From NCBI GenBank assembly GCA_964638425.1, contig CAZWYM010000004.1, forward strand, positions 33,301 to 96,562: a stretch of DNA of 63,262 nucleotides. Reading direction: 5' to 3'. Position 1 is the first letter of the stretch. The number at the start of each line of letters is the position of its first letter. Under the pieces are notes generated by a model. It saw only the letters and a program-made list of their open reading frames with translations. It did not search any database and was not told the origin of the DNA. Origin of the DNA: an uncultured Candidatus Saccharibacteria bacterium. GTDB taxonomy: Bacteria; Patescibacteriota; Minisyncoccia; Phycocordibacterales; UBA918. Position numbers and translations under genes: made by a program. Positions 61,470-63,262 of the stretch are shown piece by piece.

Positions 61470-61958
61470 TTATTGAAGAGAACCGATGCCAGTTGCACGC
61501 GCAATAAGACGTGACGTTCTTTCAAACCCAAGTGAAAGATAGCTACGTTGACGCTGGGTGATGGTAAATAGTTGTGAGTTATGTGAAAGCTTTACCATAT
61601 CTCGGAGTACGGAATTACTCCAGTCACGACTACCAAACGAGGAGCAGGGGAGGTGCATAAGATTCTTGATATACCCCGCCTCAGTTTCTTCAGTTTGCCA
61701 GTCGTATAAGTTGGGTGATTGAAGTGAAAAGCCTATGTACCCAACGAGAGCTTGAGAAGTCTCTAGTGCGAGAATAGTATCCATGAGAAGCACAACACCT
61801 GTAACTCCGGTTTGGATAAATCGCTCTTTTGCAGATACAATTTCCTGCTCAGTGGGTACTATATTTTTACCTTCAAACATTTCCCGAGATGCCAGTGCTA
61901 TATTTGCAACAATGACGATTCGTTTTTCCTGCACTTCCTGCCGTGTTGATGTTTCCAT
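61470..61958 (-). CDS. Hypothetical protein (162 aa), paralog of the previous gene
   Basis: ATG 61958 is preceded by ttAGGAGaatctcg. Shared blocks are P..(E/Q)(S/E)I..AK......G......(I/M)D.I...ET and P..SFG......VL.D...LS....F. Confidence 0.65.
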   Translation of the reverse strand: METSTRQEVQEKRIVIVANIALASREMFEGKNIVPTEQEIVSAKERFIQTGVTGVVLLMDTILALETSQALVGYIGFSLQSPNLYDWQTEETEAGYIKNLMHLPCSSFGSRDWSNSVLRDMVKLSHNSQLFTITQRQRSYLSLGFERTSRLIARATGIGSLQ

Positions 61959-62029
61959 CGAGATTCTCCTAAAATATGTAAAGAGCAATACGCCGTTAGA
62001 CTAGCACAAACGAGCTTCTTGGCAATATA

Positions 62030-62767
62030 TTATAGATTTGCGTATATGAGGTAGAGAGCGGGGATACAGAGTAGGAGAGTCATTACTTTCGTCACACCAA
62101 AGTGAGTGTGAGATTGCTCAACATGGGGAAGCTTCAGGTAGGTAACTCCAATGAATGTCGCAAGACCAATAAAAACACAATTGATACCGTATAAATGAAA
62201 TGCTCCGTAGACGAATACGGGTTGCACTGTCGCGATTCCAAAGCCAATGGTTGCGAGTGGAAGAATGAGCGCTGTTGCAATAGCAACTCCAGCAATAATC
62301 GTATCTTTTTCTGCACGGGTGAGAGCGACTATGCCCGCTAGTCCACAAATAAAGGCAATGAGGATGTCATACGGGGTGGTTACCGTCCGCAAGAGTAACT
62401 GTGAAAGGTCATTACTCTGTGGAGCTATCGAAAAGAAAAGTGCAGAGATTGCAATGGTGACGACGGTCACAATGACAAAATTGCGCATCGACTTTTTTAA
62501 AAATGACGTGTCATGAATACCAAGAGAAAGTCCAATGCCAATTATTGGACCCATGAGTGGGGAAATGAGCATTGCACCAACAAGGATGACGACTGAGTTT
62601 ATGTGGAGGCCAATGGCGGTAAGAAGGGAGGCGCATATGAGCATCCAAATATTTGAACCGCGAAATTCTGCTTGTCGTTTGATATCTTCAATTATTTTTA
62701 CCTCGTGTTGTTTCCCGTAATGGAGATCGAGAATGTGGTTTATCTTTTTCCGGAGACGTTTAAGCAT
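62030..62767 (-). CDS. Polytopic membrane protein (DUF389/TIGR00341-like)
   Basis: ..NIWMLICASLLTAIGLHINSVVILVGAMLISPLMGPIIGIGLSLG.. and 6-7 TM segments. Confidence 0.6.
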   Translation of the reverse strand: MLKRLRKKINHILDLHYGKQHEVKIIEDIKRQAEFRGSNIWMLICASLLTAIGLHINSVVILVGAMLISPLMGPIIGIGLSLGIHDTSFLKKSMRNFVIVTVVTIAISALFFSIAPQSNDLSQLLLRTVTTPYDILIAFICGLAGIVALTRAEKDTIIAGVAIATALILPLATIGFGIATVQPVFVYGAFHLYGINCVFIGLATFIGVTYLKLPHVEQSHTHFGVTKVMTLLLCIPALYLIYANL

Positions 62768-62797
62768 GCTCTGAAGTATATCTCAGAGTATGCAAAG

Positions 62798-62822
62798 TAA
62801 AATCCCCAAGAAGGGGATTTTA
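62798..62822 (-). terminator. Terminator-like hairpin 30 nt upstream of the DUF389 gene start, i.e. leader position on the minus strand
   Basis: On the minus strand: taaaatcccc-ttctt-ggggatttta-ctttg. Confidence 0.6.
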
Positions 62823-62837
62823 CTCAATCATTTGCGC

Positions 62838-63262
62838 GCTCCGGCGGCAGGATTCTCCCATTACATGGGCAGTACACCTTGTCGATACTTTATTTCCTGA
62901 TGTCATAAATTATCAGACAAGGTCTTCGAATCCTGACGTAACAGTTTCCCAAACTGTTACTCCGCCTACGCGCTACAAAACAAAATACCCCTTGCGGGGC
63001 ATTTTGTTTAAATGATTGATAGGCTCCGGCGGCAGGATTCTCCCATTACATGGGCAGTACACCTTGTCGATACTTTATTTCCTGATGTCATAAATTATCA
63101 GACAAGGTCTTCGAATCCTGACGTAACAGTTTCCCAAACTGTTACTCCGCCTACGCGCTACAAAACAAAATACCCCTTGCGGGGCATTTTGTTTAAATGA
63201 TTGATAGGCTCCGGCGGCAGGATTCTCCCATTACATGGGCAGTACACCTTGTCGATACTTTA
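62838..63262. repeat. Head-to-tail array of a 185-nt non-coding unit (2.3 copies visible, truncated by the window end); candidate structured RNA
   Basis: Units at 62838-63022 and 63023-63207, with a third from 63208. I see no differences between them by eye. Each contains a three-way junction, a 10-bp hairpin and a terminator hairpin. Confidence 0.9.

Noticed and set aside
62838-63022. tRNA gene or hammerhead ribozyme within the 185-nt unit, suggested by ttcgaatcc (T-loop-like) and cctgatgtc (CUGAUG).
   Set aside because: The flanks of ttcgaat do not form a T stem and no acceptor stem exists. The hammerhead core requires CUGANGA...GAAA around a three-way junction, but here the junction strands are tc / cagtac / cttc and the CUGAUG lies inside a hairpin loop.
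63012-63200. 62-aa ORF inside the 185-nt tandem repeat.
   Set aside because: The repeat period (185) is not divisible by 3, so the frame changes from unit to unit. The ORF also runs through three perfect hairpins including a terminator, and it has no SD.
1-63262. Alternative genetic code (UGA recoding, as in some CPR lineages).
   Set aside because: Long housekeeping ORFs (rpoB, rpoC, dnaE) are intact under code 11. TGA is used as a genuine stop, for example by the nusB-Nudix gene and the exonuclease gene, with terminators or new starts right after.
1-63262. Prophage, transposon or defence island.
   Set aside because: I recognised no integrase, transposase, restriction-modification, toxin-antitoxin, Cas, reverse transcriptase or phage structural motifs in any ORF. 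The hypothetical genes are scattered singly among core genes rather than clustered.

Overview
This 63.3-kb window is a gene-dense chromosomal segment with about 60 CDS on both strands, and long ORFs stay intact under the standard code 11. Gene content and protein style suggest a small-genome bacterium, possibly CPR/Patescibacteria, but that placement is inference only. Most genes are core information processing: thrS, dnaE, rnhB, rpmF, a nusB-Nudix fusion, rnc, a short SMC-like ATPase, rnr, rpsP, a KH-domain protein, trmD, rpoB-rpoC, dnaG, rpoD, a UvrD-like helicase-nuclease, hisS, prmC, rpmG, truB and a DEAD-box helicase. Envelope, membrane and metabolic genes include a pilin-like protein, Ig-like surface proteins, a PG-binding polyacidic protein, DsbA-like, uppP, GH18, an ABC-2 exporter, MgtC-like, DUF389-like, class I aldolase and G6PD. 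Signalling genes are an ECF-type sigma, a PAS protein and a FIST / histidine kinase / double-receiver operon. I found no rRNA, tRNA, CRISPR array, transposase or integrase. The most unusual signals are non-coding. (1) A perfect 185-nt head-to-tail repeat runs off the right end of the window; each unit folds into a three-way junction, a hairpin and a terminator, directly upstream (minus strand) of the DUF389 gene. (2) Four ~120-130-nt imperfect palindromes share a conserved apical module but have fully covarying helices; two of them contain the stop codon of the upstream gene and one lies just upstream of rnc. (3) A nested hairpin/repeat array at 43.26-43.61 kb carries two relic copies of the last seven codons of the adjacent exonuclease gene, differing only synonymously. 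Several atypical protein architectures and two SD-preceded micro-ORFs absent from the ORF track are also reported. All functional calls rest on motif recognition by eye; no database search was run.
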